Source: Candidatus Neochristensenella gallicola (lineage in GTDB: Bacteria > Bacillota > Clostridia > Christensenellales > QALW01). From it: DNA of 64,000 nucleotides. The position numbers and the translations under genes were made by a program. Shown here piece after piece: positions 27,689 to 38,755 of this stretch. Under the pieces are notes generated by a model. The model searched no databases. It saw only the letters and a list, made by a program, of their open reading frames with translations, and was not told the origin of the DNA. Where the stretch lies: contig CAJFSR010000003.1 in NCBI GenBank assembly GCA_904419735.1, positions 11,290 through 75,289 on the forward strand, read 5' to 3'. Each line of letters starts with the position of its first letter. The first letter of the stretch is position 1.

Positions 27689-28614
27689 TTGCGCTTCACC
27701 TCACCATAAATGCGGGGCCTTATGTATTTGTCCAGCAGCGGAGTGACAAGGTTCATCAGCAGTATGGCAAACATTACGCCTTCGGGCCAGGAGGAAAACT
27801 GCCTTATAAGAATGGTCAGTATTCCGCAGCCCGCGGCAAAAATTATCTGTCCGACAGGAGTTATGGGGCTGGTAGCGTAATCCGTAGCCATAAAGGCCGC
27901 GCCGAAGAGCAGACCGCCCGAAAGCAATTCGGCCGCAACGCCGCATTCCCGGCCCAATAAAAGAGAAGTAAGGGCCGCAGCCGCCAGCATTATTACCGGG
28001 ATGCGCCATGATATAACCCTGCGCGCAAGCAGATAAACAAGTCCCAGAATAACAGCCAGTTTGCAGGTTTCACCCAATGTTCCGCCATAATTGCCTAAAA
28101 ACAGTTCCCAAAGGCTCAGCGTACCCGGCTGATAGCCTATATCCAAAGGAGTGGCGCCCGTCACGGCATCCAATGCCGGCTGATTGTACTGCATGCTGCT
28201 GAAAACACTGGCAAAGGATAGGAACATAAAGGCGCGGCCGGTCAGCGCCGGGTTCAAAATATTCGCGCCCAATCCCCCGAAGCACTGTTTAGCCACAATT
28301 ATTGCAAAGGCGCTGCCCAGGATAACCACATACACCGGAGCGCCCACAGGCAGCACCAGCGCATAGAGCAGGCCGGTAACAGCCGCGCTTAAATCGCTTA
28401 AAGTATTAGGGCGCTTCATAACTTTCAGGCACAGATATTCGCAGGCAACGGCTGTAAGCACAGAAAGCGCTATGACCAGCAGGCTCCTGTAGCCAAAAAT
28501 TATTACCGAGCTTATAACCGCGGGCAAAAGCGCTATAATCACGTCCAGCATTATGCGCTGGGTAGTATCCTTATGCCTTATATGCGGAGAAGAGGAAATT
28601 TTCAGTTTGTTCAT
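27685..28614 (-). CDS. rnfD: Rnf complex subunit D
   Basis: 309-aa polytopic protein of the RnfD/NqrB type, with SSSPH near the N-terminus and VTGATPL. Confidence 0.9.
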   Translation of the reverse strand: MNKLKISSSPHIRHKDTTQRIMLDVIIALLPAVISSVIIFGYRSLLVIALSVLTAVACEYLCLKVMKRPNTLSDLSAAVTGLLYALVLPVGAPVYVVILGSAFAIIVAKQCFGGLGANILNPALTGRAFMFLSFASVFSSMQYNQPALDAVTGATPLDIGYQPGTLSLWELFLGNYGGTLGETCKLAVILGLVYLLARRVISWRIPVIMLAAAALTSLLLGRECGVAAELLSGGLLFGAAFMATDYATSPITPVGQIIFAAGCGILTILIRQFSSWPEGVMFAILLMNLVTPLLDKYIRPRIYGEVKRK

Positions 28615-29930
28615 CTTACTTCCCTCCCTCTTTGGTTAACCGCTTTCTTGGCCAGGCGCAGGGACTGCATAAGGTATCGTTTAGCCGGACAGATAAACGT
28701 GCAGCTGCCGCATTCTATGCAGTCTTTAATATGCCATTTTTCACATTCGTCCAGCTTGTTTGCGCGTGAAAACGCATCCAAAAGAGAAGGAACCAGCCCT
28801 ATGGGACATACATTTGCGCACCGTCCGCAGCGTATGCAGGGAGATTCCTCCGGCAGAGCGGCGTCCTTTTCATTAAGCAGCAGCAAACCCGATGTGCCTT
28901 TAATTACAGGCGAATTGATATCCGCAACCGCCACACCCATCATGGGCCCGCCCGAAATTATCTTAACAGCCTTATATTCGTCTATGTCCAGAAATTTAAG
29001 CACGTCTATAATGCGCGTACCTAAAGGGATATAGAGGTTATATCCCCCATTAATGGCGCTGCCGGCTACCGTCGTTACCCGCCCCGTTACCGGCTCGCCC
29101 TTTACCGCCGCGTTATACAGCGCCGCAGCTGTAGCGACATTCACCACTACGCAGCCAATGGTTGAGGGAAGCCCTCCCGAAGGCACCTGGCGCCGGGTAA
29201 GCTGATATATAAGCTGCTTTTCAGCGCCCATAGGATAGCGTTTGGGCAGAACAAGGACAGAAATTTCAGGAAACTGCCCTGCCTGTTCACGCATAACGCG
29301 AATGGCTTCGGGCTTATTTGCCTCTATCCCTACCAGAATTTTAGGAGCGCCTACAGCCATAGCCGCAAGGCGGGCACCTAAAAGGATATCCTGCGGATGC
29401 TCTATCATCTGCCGGTTATCCGCCGTTAAATAGGGTTCGCATTCGGCGCCGTTAATAATGAGAAAATCTATTTTGTCTTTGGTAGACAGCTTAACATGGG
29501 TGGGGAAAGCCGCTCCGCCCATTCCGGCCAGCCCCATTTTCTCAGCGGCGGCAATTATCTCTTCGCGCGAAGGAGAAGGATTTGAAATAAATTCCGCACG
29601 CTCATAATTATTATCATTATTAATAACGATGGTGGGCACAGGCATACCGGCTGCGTTGTTATAATTTGCAATTTCAGCCACCTTGCCCGAAACGCTGGAA
29701 TGTATATTGGCGCTGACCTGCCCGTGCCTGGCCGCTATAATCTCGCCCAGGCGGACAAACTGCCCCTTTTGCACCGCAGGCTCAGCAGGGCTTCCCAAAT
29801 GCTGAACCAAAGGAATGTACACCCTTTCAGGCGCGGGCATAACCTGAATGGGCTTTTGCGCCCAGGTCACACTCTGCTCCTGCCTGCGGGTAAGCGGATG
29901 AATACCCCTACTCTTTTTAAGCACAAACAT
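28611..29930 (-). CDS. rnfC: Rnf complex subunit C
   Basis: Soluble NADH/FMN-binding-type domain plus two 4Fe-4S motifs, CIRCGRCANVCP and CIECGSCTFICP. AGGAGG precedes ATG 29930 and GTG 29924; the ORF track extends to 29987. Confidence 0.9.
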   Translation of the reverse strand: MFVLKKSRGIHPLTRRQEQSVTWAQKPIQVMPAPERVYIPLVQHLGSPAEPAVQKGQFVRLGEIIAARHGQVSANIHSSVSGKVAEIANYNNAAGMPVPTIVINNDNNYERAEFISNPSPSREEIIAAAEKMGLAGMGGAAFPTHVKLSTKDKIDFLIINGAECEPYLTADNRQMIEHPQDILLGARLAAMAVGAPKILVGIEANKPEAIRVMREQAGQFPEISVLVLPKRYPMGAEKQLIYQLTRRQVPSGGLPSTIGCVVVNVATAAALYNAAVKGEPVTGRVTTVAGSAINGGYNLYIPLGTRIIDVLKFLDIDEYKAVKIISGGPMMGVAVADINSPVIKGTSGLLLLNEKDAALPEESPCIRCGRCANVCPIGLVPSLLDAFSRANKLDECEKWHIKDCIECGSCTFICPAKRYLMQSLRLAKKAVNQRGREVR

Positions 29931-30172
29931 TCCTCCTAATAAAATTCGATTTATTATAGCATATTTTATCCCCTTTGAAAATACCAAAAATTAATAATCA
30001 TTATATGATTTATTAATATGTTTTAAGACGCTTGCCCATATAATAAAAATGTTATATACTATTCAAGGCTTACGGGTAATAAAAATATGCTTAAGGCCGT
30101 ATAATACGCTGTAATTAAAGGCCGGCTTTAAAAAATGCGCCCTAATTCAATAAGCTTATAAACGAGGTGTAT

Positions 30173-31048
30173 ATGGAAAATAACACTGCTCCCGCAAAGA
30201 ATGAAGCTCCGCAGGATAAAATGACTCCTGCCAAGTGGCTGCTGCGCCTTCTCCAGGGTGCAATAATAGGTGCCGGCGCCGTGCTGCCCGGAATAAGCGG
30301 CGGCGTGCTCTGCGTAGTATTCGGCATATATCAGCCCATGATGGAACTTCTGGCCCATCCCTTCAGAATGTTCAAAAAATACTATAAAATGTTTATTCCA
30401 ATACTGCTGGGAGTGGCCGCAGGCTTTTTATTACTGGCCCGTTTGCTTAGCCTGCTGTTCAACGCAAACGAAACTATCATGATTTGTATTTTTATCGGGC
30501 TGATTGTGGGGACTCTGCCCTCTCTTTACCGCGAGACCGGCCAGAAGGGGCATCCCAAATCTGCCTGGATAGCCTTTGCCATCGCTTTTATTGTGCTGTA
30601 TGCCCTGCTTATGTTCCTAAAATTGGGCGGGCAGTTAGACATAACTCCAAATATATGGTGGTATTTCTTCTGCGGCATAATTTTCGGCATAAGCATAATC
30701 GTGCCCGGCATGTCCTTTTCCTCCCCCCTTATGGCGCTCAACCTTTACGAGCCCATGATAGACTCCATAACCGCTTTTTCCCTTGAAGCCATTATTCCCA
30801 TAGGCATAGGAACGGTATTGGTCATAGTCGCTCTTTCACGCGCGGTAAATTACCTCTTTGACAGGCATTACGCCATAGCCAGCCATATAATCCTTGCCGC
30901 CGTTCTGGCCACTACCTTCTCAATAATTCCTTATCAATTCAGCAGTGCCGGACATTTCATTATCTGCCTGGTCTGTGCCGTGGCCGGCTTCTTTGCCGCA
31001 TGGGGATTAGATAAAATCAGCAATAAATATCTTTCTTCAAATAAATAA
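30173..31048 (+). CDS. DUF368 family membrane protein (putative undecaprenyl-phosphate translocase type)
   Basis: GAIIGAGAVLPGISGGVL signature and a second PGMSFS half-repeat, with about 8 TM helices. ATG 30173 follows GAGGT; the ORF track starts at 30167. Confidence 0.75.
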   Translation: MENNTAPAKNEAPQDKMTPAKWLLRLLQGAIIGAGAVLPGISGGVLCVVFGIYQPMMELLAHPFRMFKKYYKMFIPILLGVAAGFLLLARLLSLLFNANETIMICIFIGLIVGTLPSLYRETGQKGHPKSAWIAFAIAFIVLYALLMFLKLGGQLDITPNIWWYFFCGIIFGISIIVPGMSFSSPLMALNLYEPMIDSITAFSLEAIIPIGIGTVLVIVALSRAVNYLFDRHYAIASHIILAAVLATTFSIIPYQFSSAGHFIICLVCAVAGFFAAWGLDKISNKYLSSNK

Positions 31049-31122
31049 AGCTTTTAGGCGCAATTCGGCTTAAAATACCAAGTAATGCGGATTGCGCTTT
31101 TTATTCTGCAATGCTAAATTAG

Positions 31123-31158
31123 AAACCGCCTGTGAGATTAACTGCTCAGGCGGTTTTT
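31123..31158 (+). terminator. intrinsic terminator after the DUF368 gene
   Basis: AAACCGCCTG-N14-CAGGCGGTTT followed by TT. Confidence 0.75.
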
Positions 31159-31208
31159 GTATATATTAAAAAGGGGGCCGGCCGATCTTTGCCGGTAATT
31201 ATTGCGGT

Positions 31209-32612
31209 ATGGGCAGAAAAACGGGAAACTATGAAATAGATATGTGCAGCGGTCCGATATTTAAAAAGGTAGTCTTGTTTGCTTTTCCTTTAATGATATC
31301 GGGAATACTTCAGCTCTTATACAACGCCGCTGATATTATAGTGGTAGGGCAGTTTTCCAGCAGCGACGCAATGGCCGCCGTAGGCTCAACCTCCTCCCTC
31401 ATCAATTTGCTGACTAATGTTTTTATAGGTCTTAGTATAGGCGTAAGCGTGCTTATCTCAAAATTCTACGGGGCGGGCCAGCAGAAGGATATATTTGAAA
31501 CCGTACATACAGCCATCGGCCTGAGCCTTATATGCGGCGTGCTTGTGGGAATCCTCGGCTTCATATTCGCCGGCACCATGCTGGAATGGATGGATTCGCC
31601 CGATAACGTCCTGCCCAAGGCCACCCTTTATATGAAAATATACTTTCTGGGCATGCCGGCATTTATGGTATATAATTTCGGCAGCGCGGCGCTCCGGGCG
31701 GTTGGAGACACCCGCCGTCCCTTGTATTACCTTACTATTTCAGGCGTAGTAAATATACTGCTCAATCTGCTTTTGGTAATTGTATTTGATATGAGCGTGA
31801 GCGGTGTAGCCATTGCTACTATAATATCCCAGTATATATCCGCTTCTCTTGTAATCAGGTGCCTGGTTAAAAGCGGCGGCGCATGCAGGCTCAGCCTGAA
31901 GCACGTTAGAATATACCGCAAAAAGCTGGGCGCTATTTTACGAATCGGACTGCCTGCCGGGATACAAAGCTCGCTGTTTTCCATATCCAATGTGCTTATT
32001 CAATCCTCGGTAAATTCCTTCGGTTCAACAGTAATGGCGGGAAATACCGCGGCGGCCAGCCTGGAAGGGTTTGTATATACCGCCATGAACTCCATGTATC
32101 AGGCGGCCCTTTCCTTTACCGGACAGAATTTCGGCGCAGGGCAGATTAAGCGCATAAAGCGCATAGCCGTCATATGCCTGCTCAGCGTTACAGTTGTGGG
32201 CCTGGTATTAGGCAACATCGTCTATCTCCTGGGGGAATTTTTGAGCGGCATATATTCGCCTGAGCAGCCTGTAATTGACGTAAGCATCTCACGGCTCAGC
32301 ATTGTATGCACTACTTATTTTCTCTGCGGCATAATGGATGTATTAGTAGGACTGCTGCGCGGCATGGGGCAGTCGCTGCTGCCTACAACTGTTTCCCTGC
32401 TGGGAGCCTGCGCCTTCAGGGTAGTATGGATATATACAGTTTTCGCTCAGAACCGTACCCTTACCACTCTTTATATATCCTATCCGGTGTCCTGGATAAT
32501 AACCTTGCTTATTCATTTCGTTTGCTTTATTATCATTTATAATTATAATAAGCGCAAGCTGCTTAAAGCTCCGAGCCCGCAGGAAACCTCCCTGCTAACA
32601 GAAGCAGGCTAA
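31209..32612 (+). CDS. MATE family efflux transporter
   Basis: 467 aa, 12 TM segments, N-terminal FAFPLMISGILQLLYNAADIIVVGQF and an internal duplication typical of MATE. Confidence 0.9.
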   Translation: MGRKTGNYEIDMCSGPIFKKVVLFAFPLMISGILQLLYNAADIIVVGQFSSSDAMAAVGSTSSLINLLTNVFIGLSIGVSVLISKFYGAGQQKDIFETVHTAIGLSLICGVLVGILGFIFAGTMLEWMDSPDNVLPKATLYMKIYFLGMPAFMVYNFGSAALRAVGDTRRPLYYLTISGVVNILLNLLLVIVFDMSVSGVAIATIISQYISASLVIRCLVKSGGACRLSLKHVRIYRKKLGAILRIGLPAGIQSSLFSISNVLIQSSVNSFGSTVMAGNTAAASLEGFVYTAMNSMYQAALSFTGQNFGAGQIKRIKRIAVICLLSVTVVGLVLGNIVYLLGEFLSGIYSPEQPVIDVSISRLSIVCTTYFLCGIMDVLVGLLRGMGQSLLPTTVSLLGACAFRVVWIYTVFAQNRTLTTLYISYPVSWIITLLIHFVCFIIIYNYNKRKLLKAPSPQETSLLTEAG

Positions 32613-32633
32613 GACAAATTGCTGTTTTATCAT

Positions 32634-32669
32634 AAAAAACGCTGAAGATATTTATCCTCAGCGTTTTTT
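32634..32669. terminator. bidirectional terminator between the convergent MATE and hemW genes
   Basis: AAAAAACGCTGAAG-N8-CCTCAGCGTTTTTT. Confidence 0.8.
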
Positions 32670-32688
32670 GCACATAATAAACTTTTTT

Positions 32689-33789
32689 TCAGCTTATAAG
32701 CTGAAGCACGGCCCAGTCGGCCAAATCCAAGCCCTTATCAGTGAGCCGCAGCGTCTGGGGCGTGAGCTGCAAAAGCCCGTTTTGAACAAGCATATCAATT
32801 CTTTGGGTATATAATTCATATATATCCCGGCCAAAGCGCGCTTTAAAGCGGGACCGGTCAATGCCGCTGATTAGCCGCAGTTCAAGCATAATGCATTCCA
32901 GCAATCGGTCCTCCCGGTTTAATTCCTGAACCTCGTACCGCGCATGCGGGTTGTGCAAATAGCCATTTAAATCGCAGGCATTATGATATCTTTTATTATC
33001 ATAGCAGGAGTGCGCGGCGCAGCCCAGGCCGATATAATCCCCGCCCAGCCAGTAATTAAGATTATGCCGGCATTCCCTGCCGGAGAGCGCATAATTGGAT
33101 ATTTCATAGCGCGCATATCCCGCTTTTTCAAGAAATCCGCCAGTTTTATGATATATGCGTCTGTCCTCTTCTTCGGATATGGGGTTTAATTCGCCTTTAT
33201 CTACCTTAATTCCCAAAGGGGTATGCTCGTCTATAATAAGAGAATAAACCGAAATATGCTCAGGAGAAATGCTAACCGCTTTTTCAAGTGTAAGCTCAAA
33301 ATCCTCCCACGTCTGGCCCGGCAGAGAGGATATAAGGTCTATATTGATATTGCTAAACTCCCGCCTTGACCATTCATAAGCCTGAACAAAGCGGTTATAG
33401 TCGTGTAGGCGCCCCAGCAGCTTTAATTCTTCGTCCAATGAGGATTGAAGCCCTATTGAAAGCCTGTTTACACCGGCACTTTTATAAACTTGCAGCTTTT
33501 GGCAGGACAAACTGGAGGGATTGCATTCCAATGTTATTTCCGCATCCCTTTTTAGATAAAAATGAGCGCCCGCCTCATTAAGCAGACGGGCGATATTGTC
33601 TTCTGAAATATAACTGGGAGTGCCGCCGCCGATAAAGACAGTGTCTATATCCTGCTGCGGATATGCTTTCATTTCAGACAGAACAGCGGTTATATATTCC
33701 TCCTCGCAGTCTCTCCCGGCAAAGGAAACAAAATCGCAGTATGCGCATTTTTGAGCGCAAAAAGGAATATGTATATACAGACCAGCCAT
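32689..33789 (-). CDS. hemW: radical SAM family heme chaperone HemW (coproporphyrinogen III oxidase-like)
   Basis: CAQKCAYCDF radical-SAM cluster motif near the N-terminus and a C-terminal HemN_C-like region. It shows the conserved lepA-hemW synteny. Confidence 0.88.
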   Translation of the reverse strand: MAGLYIHIPFCAQKCAYCDFVSFAGRDCEEEYITAVLSEMKAYPQQDIDTVFIGGGTPSYISEDNIARLLNEAGAHFYLKRDAEITLECNPSSLSCQKLQVYKSAGVNRLSIGLQSSLDEELKLLGRLHDYNRFVQAYEWSRREFSNINIDLISSLPGQTWEDFELTLEKAVSISPEHISVYSLIIDEHTPLGIKVDKGELNPISEEEDRRIYHKTGGFLEKAGYARYEISNYALSGRECRHNLNYWLGGDYIGLGCAAHSCYDNKRYHNACDLNGYLHNPHARYEVQELNREDRLLECIMLELRLISGIDRSRFKARFGRDIYELYTQRIDMLVQNGLLQLTPQTLRLTDKGLDLADWAVLQLIS

Positions 33790-33790
33790 A

Positions 33791-35596
33791 TCAGTTAATT
33801 TTAAGCACAGCCATAAACGCCTCGGACGGCACCTCTACGGTACCTATCTGACGCATGCGCTTTTTGCCTTCCTTCTGTTTTTCCAGCAGCTTCTTTTTAC
33901 GGGTTATATCTCCGCCGTAGCACTTGGCCAGCACGTCCTTGCGCAAGGCCTTAACCGTCTCCCTGGCTATTATTTTGCCGCCCACCGCCGCCTGGATGGG
34001 TATTTCAAACATCTGGCGCGGAATAACCTCTCTCAAGCGCTCGGCAATAGCCCTTCCCCTTGCATACGCTTTATCCTTATGGACTATTGTGCTCATAGCA
34101 TCGCAGATATCCCCGTTAAGCAGTATATCCAATTTGACCAGCTGGCTCTCCTGATAGCCGATTATTTCATAGTCAAAGGAGGCATATCCGCGTGTACGGG
34201 ATTTTAAGGAGTCAAAGAAATCATATATTATCTCATTTAACGGAAGATGATATTCCAGCACGGCACGGTTTTCCTCTATATATTTCATGTTGATATATAC
34301 GCCGCGCTTTTCCTGGCAAAGCTCCATAATAGTGCCTATATAATCGGGCGGTGTCATTATATCCGCCTTGACAATAGGCTCCTCCATGCTTTGGACCTCT
34401 TCAGGTCTGGGCATATCCGCGGGATTATCCAGCACCATCTCCGAACCGTCCGTGCGCTTAATCTTATAAATAACGCTGGGAGCCGTGGTAACAAGGTCAA
34501 AATCAAATTCCCGCTCCAGACGCTCCTGGATTATCTCCATATGCAGCATGCCCAAAAAGCCGCAGCGGAAGCCAAAGCCCAGCGCCGCGGAGGTTTCTGG
34601 CTCAAATACCAGCGAAGCATCGTTAAGCCTGAGCTTTTCAAGAGCTTCCTTTAAATCCTCATATTCCGAGCCGTCCGCCGGATAAATTCCGCAGAAAACC
34701 ATGGGCTGCACTTCTTTATAGCCGGGCAGCGCGCTTTCTGCCGGCCTGTCCGCGCCCGTAATGGTATCTCCCACTCTGGTCTGGGACACGTTTTTTATAC
34801 TGGCGGCTATATAGCCTACGTCCCCCGCGCTGAGCATATCGCACGGCGTATAATGAGGAGTGAATACCCCCGTTTCAGTAACTTCAAATTCCGCATTGGT
34901 GCTCATCATGCGTATTCTGTCCCCTACCTTGACCGAACCGTTTTTAATGCGCACAAAGCTGAGTGCGCCCTTAAAATTATCATAGCAGGAATCAAAGATG
35001 AGCGCCTGAAGGGGAGCCTGCGCATCCCCCTTGGGCGGGGGCACGTTTTTAACTATGGTATGCAGCACATCCTCAATATTCAAGCCCTCTTTAGCTGAAA
35101 TTCGGGGCGCGTCCTGAGCGGGCAAGCCTATAATATCCTCTATTTCCTTAATTGTATTTTCCACATCCGCGCTTGGAAGGTCTATTTTATTGACTATGGG
35201 CAGGATTTCAAGATTCTGTTCCAGCGCAAGATACACGTTGGCCAATGTCTGCGCCTCTATACCCTGGGTAGCGTCTACGACTAAGAGCGCGCCCTCGCAG
35301 GCGTTCAGGCTGCGGGATACTTCATAGGTAAAGTCCACATGGCCGGGAGTATCTATTAAATTGAGGATATATTCCTCCCCCTCGCAGGTGTAGAACATGC
35401 GCACGGCCTTAGATTTTATAGTTATGCCGCGCTCCCTCTCCAATTCCATATCATCCAGGACCTGCTGCTGCATATCCCGTGCCGAAATGGTGCCGGTGGA
35501 ATCCAATAATCTGTCAGCCAGCGTGGATTTGCCGTGGTCTATATGCGCAATTATGCAGAAATTGCGTATTCTTTGCATTCTGTTATCTAACGCCAT
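33791..35596 (-). CDS. lepA: translation elongation factor 4 (LepA)
   Basis: G1 [10 protein letters not shown]3 DTPGHVDF, G4 NKID and the LepA-specific C-terminal domain. Confidence 0.97.
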   Translation of the reverse strand: MALDNRMQRIRNFCIIAHIDHGKSTLADRLLDSTGTISARDMQQQVLDDMELERERGITIKSKAVRMFYTCEGEEYILNLIDTPGHVDFTYEVSRSLNACEGALLVVDATQGIEAQTLANVYLALEQNLEILPIVNKIDLPSADVENTIKEIEDIIGLPAQDAPRISAKEGLNIEDVLHTIVKNVPPPKGDAQAPLQALIFDSCYDNFKGALSFVRIKNGSVKVGDRIRMMSTNAEFEVTETGVFTPHYTPCDMLSAGDVGYIAASIKNVSQTRVGDTITGADRPAESALPGYKEVQPMVFCGIYPADGSEYEDLKEALEKLRLNDASLVFEPETSAALGFGFRCGFLGMLHMEIIQERLEREFDFDLVTTAPSVIYKIKRTDGSEMVLDNPADMPRPEEVQSMEEPIVKADIMTPPDYIGTIMELCQEKRGVYINMKYIEENRAVLEYHLPLNEIIYDFFDSLKSRTRGYASFDYEIIGYQESQLVKLDILLNGDICDAMSTIVHKDKAYARGRAIAERLREVIPRQMFEIPIQAAVGGKIIARETVKALRKDVLAKCYGGDITRKKKLLEKQKEGKKRMRQIGTVEVPSEAFMAVLKIN

Positions 35597-35601
35597 AAAT
35601 C

Positions 35602-36096
35602 TTATTTCCCGCAGCAGAATTTATATTTTTTGCCGCTGCCGCAGGGACAGGGGTCATTTCTGCCCACCTTAACGCTCTTGGCTATATTTTCATCTTTCCA
35701 TTTTTCCAGGATTTCATGCCTCTTTTCCTTGGAGAGGACGTCCTCCCACTCGGGAAGATTATACAGCCATTTAGCACGCGCGTTGAGCATGTTGTAATAG
35801 AGCTTTTCCGGCTCAAATTCCATATCCAGCTCAGTAGTATCCTCCAGTGTCTCCAAATCCACCTGCTCTTTCAGGCTGGTATTGGCTCCGTCAATAAAAC
35901 CCGCGAACACAGGGGGTTCCATATTAAACTGCTCCGCCAGCTCCGCTTCGGTGCCCTTTAAAGCAAAGCTCTTTTCTCCCAGGATTTTTTTATAATTCTG
36001 GGTTTCCTTATCATAGTATTCTCCCCAGAATAAAGCTTCCTCCCTTTCGCCGTTTAAAAGCTCCAGGCTCTTTTTCCATGCCTCATATACTTTCAT
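35602..36096 (-). CDS. SEC-C metal-binding motif protein
   Basis: C-terminal [19 protein letters not shown]. Confidence 0.75.
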   Translation of the reverse strand: MKVYEAWKKSLELLNGEREEALFWGEYYDKETQNYKKILGEKSFALKGTEAELAEQFNMEPPVFAGFIDGANTSLKEQVDLETLEDTTELDMEFEPEKLYYNMLNARAKWLYNLPEWEDVLSKEKRHEILEKWKDENIAKSVKVGRNDPCPCGSGKKYKFCCGK

Positions 36097-36117
36097 ATCC
36101 TTTAACCTCTCATCAAA

Positions 36118-37323
36118 TTATAAATTAGCTTCCAGCGTATTCCTGATAGCAGAAATAAATTCAGAGGACGTAACGCTCTTTTTATTTTCCAGGCTGCTCA
36201 TGGCGTAAAGATCCCCGGTCATTATACCCGATTCTACCGTGGATATAACCGCCTGCTCCAATTTGCCTGCGAACTCGCACAACGCCCGAATATCGTCCAA
36301 TTCGCCCCGCTTCCTCAGCGCGCCTGTCCAGGCAAAAATTGTAGCTATGGGGTTAGTACTGGTGCGCTCTCCCTTTAGATAGCGGTAATAATGGCGGGTA
36401 ACAGTGCCGTGAGCGGCCTCATATTCATAATTGCCGTCGGGTGAAACCAAAACGCTGGTCATCATGGAGAGCGAACCGAAGGCTGTCGCCACCATATCGC
36501 TCATAACATCCCCGTCATAGTTCTTACAGGCCCAGATAAAACCGCCCTCAGAGCGTATAACCCTGGCCACGGCGTCGTCTATGAGCGTATAGAAATACTC
36601 TATGCCCGCTTTTTCAAAACGCTCTTTATATTCCTCATATATTTCTGCAAATATATCTTTAAAGCGGTGGTCATAAGTTTTTGAAATGGTATCTTTAGTA
36701 GAAAACCATAAATCCTGCTTCTGATCCAGCGCGTAATTAAAGCAGGCATGGGCAAAGCTGGATATGGAAGCGTCGGTATTATGCATGCCCATAATTATTC
36801 CGGGGCCGTCAAAGGAATGTATTTCGGCGCGCTTTTCGCTTCCATCGGGCAATGTAACCACTAATTCCGCCTTAGAACCCGCAGGAGCTTTAAGCTCGGT
36901 ATTTTTGTAAACATCCCCGTACGCATGACGGGCAATGATTATGGGCTTTTTCCAGCTGCGCACGCTGGGCTGGACGCCCTTTACTATTATAGGCGCCCTG
37001 AAAACTGTTCCGTCCAATATCGCCCTTATAGTACCGTTAGGACTTTTCCACATTTTCTTAAGCTTATATTCCTCAACGCGCTGAGCGTTGGGGGTAATGG
37101 TAGCGCATTTTACGCCTACGCCGTATTTTTTTATCGCCTCGGCGGCCTGAACGGTAACTTGGTCATCCGTTTCGTCCCGGTGAGGCAGGCCCAAATCATA
37201 ATATTCGGTATTGAGCTCTATAAACGGCGAAAGCAATTCGTCCTTTATCTCCTGCCACAGTATCCTGGTCATTTCATCCCCGTCCATCTCAACAAGAGGG
37301 GTTGTCATCTTTATCCTTTCCAA
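36118..37323 (-). CDS. icd: NADP-dependent isocitrate dehydrogenase (eukaryote-like type II homodimeric form)
   Basis: [14 protein letters not shown]-terminal signature, about 400 aa, NYDGDVMSD motif. Confidence 0.93.
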   Translation of the reverse strand: MERIKMTTPLVEMDGDEMTRILWQEIKDELLSPFIELNTEYYDLGLPHRDETDDQVTVQAAEAIKKYGVGVKCATITPNAQRVEEYKLKKMWKSPNGTIRAILDGTVFRAPIIVKGVQPSVRSWKKPIIIARHAYGDVYKNTELKAPAGSKAELVVTLPDGSEKRAEIHSFDGPGIIMGMHNTDASISSFAHACFNYALDQKQDLWFSTKDTISKTYDHRFKDIFAEIYEEYKERFEKAGIEYFYTLIDDAVARVIRSEGGFIWACKNYDGDVMSDMVATAFGSLSMMTSVLVSPDGNYEYEAAHGTVTRHYYRYLKGERTSTNPIATIFAWTGALRKRGELDDIRALCEFAGKLEQAVISTVESGIMTGDLYAMSSLENKKSVTSSEFISAIRNTLEANL

Positions 37324-37420
37324 TGCGCTTCCTCCTTAATATAATACAAAATATGCTTTATAAATTTTACTATATTTCCTCAGAAAAATCAAATGCTTTT
37401 GGGATGCACGGCAAAAGGTC

Positions 37421-37614
37421 GGCAGGGGCTTGAGTTAATGCTGAAAGGCTCAAAACGCAGCAAAGGGGGCGGCCCGCAGCTTTGGCCGCTGCCGCGGCCA
37501 AAGAGGGGCCTTGCCGCGCAGCGGCAAGGCCCCAGCCCGGCCGGAAGGCCGGGCCTGCGGGCCGCCCCTCCCCAAAAGCTTTTAAGCCTTTCAGCATTAA
37601 ATAAAGCCCCTGCC
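37421..37614. repeat. GC-rich nested-palindrome element, copy C (divergent subfamily with imperfect, about 60-nt outer arms)
   Basis: The outer arms pair in blocks of 11, 16 and 14 bp, separated by mismatches and an internal loop. Inner hairpins are CTTTGGCCGC-TGCC-GCGGCCAAAG (37480-37503), GGGGCCTTGCCGC-GCA-GCGGCAAGGCCCC (37505-37533) and GCCCGGCC-GGAA-GGCCGGGC (37535-37554). Confidence 0.85.
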
Positions 37615-37634
37615 AATAAAAACGCAAAAAGCGC

Positions 37635-37663
37635 TTGCATAAATATTCATTTTAATGTATAAT
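37635..37663 (+). promoter_or_regulatory. arg operon promoter with overlapping ARG-box-like operator
   Basis: TTGCAT (37635-37640), 17-nt spacer, TATAAT (37658-37663). TGCATAAATATTCA (37636-37649) matches the TGAAT-W4-ATTCA ArgR/AhrC box with one mismatch. Confidence 0.6.
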
Positions 37664-37699
37664 CCAATCTATAATTTTAAGGACAGGATATGATAGATT

Positions 37700-38740
37700 A
37701 TGATTAAAACAAGCGTCATTGGCGCAACAGGCTACGCAGGAGCCGAATTGGTAAGACTTCTTGCTTCTCATCCCCAAGTGGAAATAGCCCATTTAGTCTC
37801 GCATAGCTATGCAGGCCAGGATATGAATCAGATATACAAAAATTTTGAAGGAAAGTTTTCCAAAACCCTGGACCCATTAGATATAGATATGCTGATTGAG
37901 GACAGCGACTGTATTTTTACCAGCCTGCCCCATTCAGCGGGCGGAGAAGTTATAGCCCAGCTTTACAATGCCGGCAAAACAGTCATAGATTTAAGCGGGG
38001 ATTACCGCTATAACGACGCGGCTGTATATGAAAAATGGTACGGAGCAGCCCATCCCCATCCCGAACTGCTCAAAAAGAGCGTGTACGGCCTGCCCGAACT
38101 GCATAGAGAAGAAATTAAGAAATCAAAGCTAATAGGCAACCCTGGCTGTTACACCACCTGCTCCATCCTGGCTCTTGCTCCCTTAGCCAAGGCCGGAATA
38201 ATAGATAATAAAAGCATTATAATTGATGCAAAGTCCGGTTCTACCGGTGCGGGACGGTCGGTTTCCCAGGCAATGCATTTCTGCGAAGTAAATGAGAGCG
38301 TAAAAGCTTACAAAGTGGCAACCCACCGCCATACTTCCGAAATAGAGCAGGAATTGTCCCTGCTTGCAAAGGAAAACATCCAGCTTTCCTTTACTCCTCA
38401 TCTTCTGCCCATTAACCGGGGCATACTTGCCACAAGCTACGCTAATCTCACTGCTGATGTGGATTTTGATTATGTATACGAGCTTTATATGCAGGCATAT
38501 TCATCCCATCCCTTCGTCGTTATATGCCAAAAAAACGAGCTGCCCGAAATTAAGCATGTCGCCGGCTCAAATTATATTCATATCGGCTTTGTGCTGGATA
38601 TGAGGCTTAAACGGATTATTGTTGTTTCTGTAATTGACAATCTTATAAAAGGCGCCGCCGGCCAGGCAATCCAAAATATGAATCTTATATACGGACTGGA
38701 TGAAACAACCGCGCTTAATATGCCCGCTTGGTATCTGTAA
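37700..38740 (+). CDS. argC: N-acetyl-gamma-glutamyl-phosphate reductase
   Basis: VIGATGYAGAEL NAD motif and the active-site Cys context GNPGCYTT. Confidence 0.95.
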   Translation: MIKTSVIGATGYAGAELVRLLASHPQVEIAHLVSHSYAGQDMNQIYKNFEGKFSKTLDPLDIDMLIEDSDCIFTSLPHSAGGEVIAQLYNAGKTVIDLSGDYRYNDAAVYEKWYGAAHPHPELLKKSVYGLPELHREEIKKSKLIGNPGCYTTCSILALAPLAKAGIIDNKSIIIDAKSGSTGAGRSVSQAMHFCEVNESVKAYKVATHRHTSEIEQELSLLAKENIQLSFTPHLLPINRGILATSYANLTADVDFDYVYELYMQAYSSHPFVVICQKNELPEIKHVAGSNYIHIGFVLDMRLKRIIVVSVIDNLIKGAAGQAIQNMNLIYGLDETTALNMPAWYL

Positions 38741-38755
38741 AAAGGAGAGAAAAAA

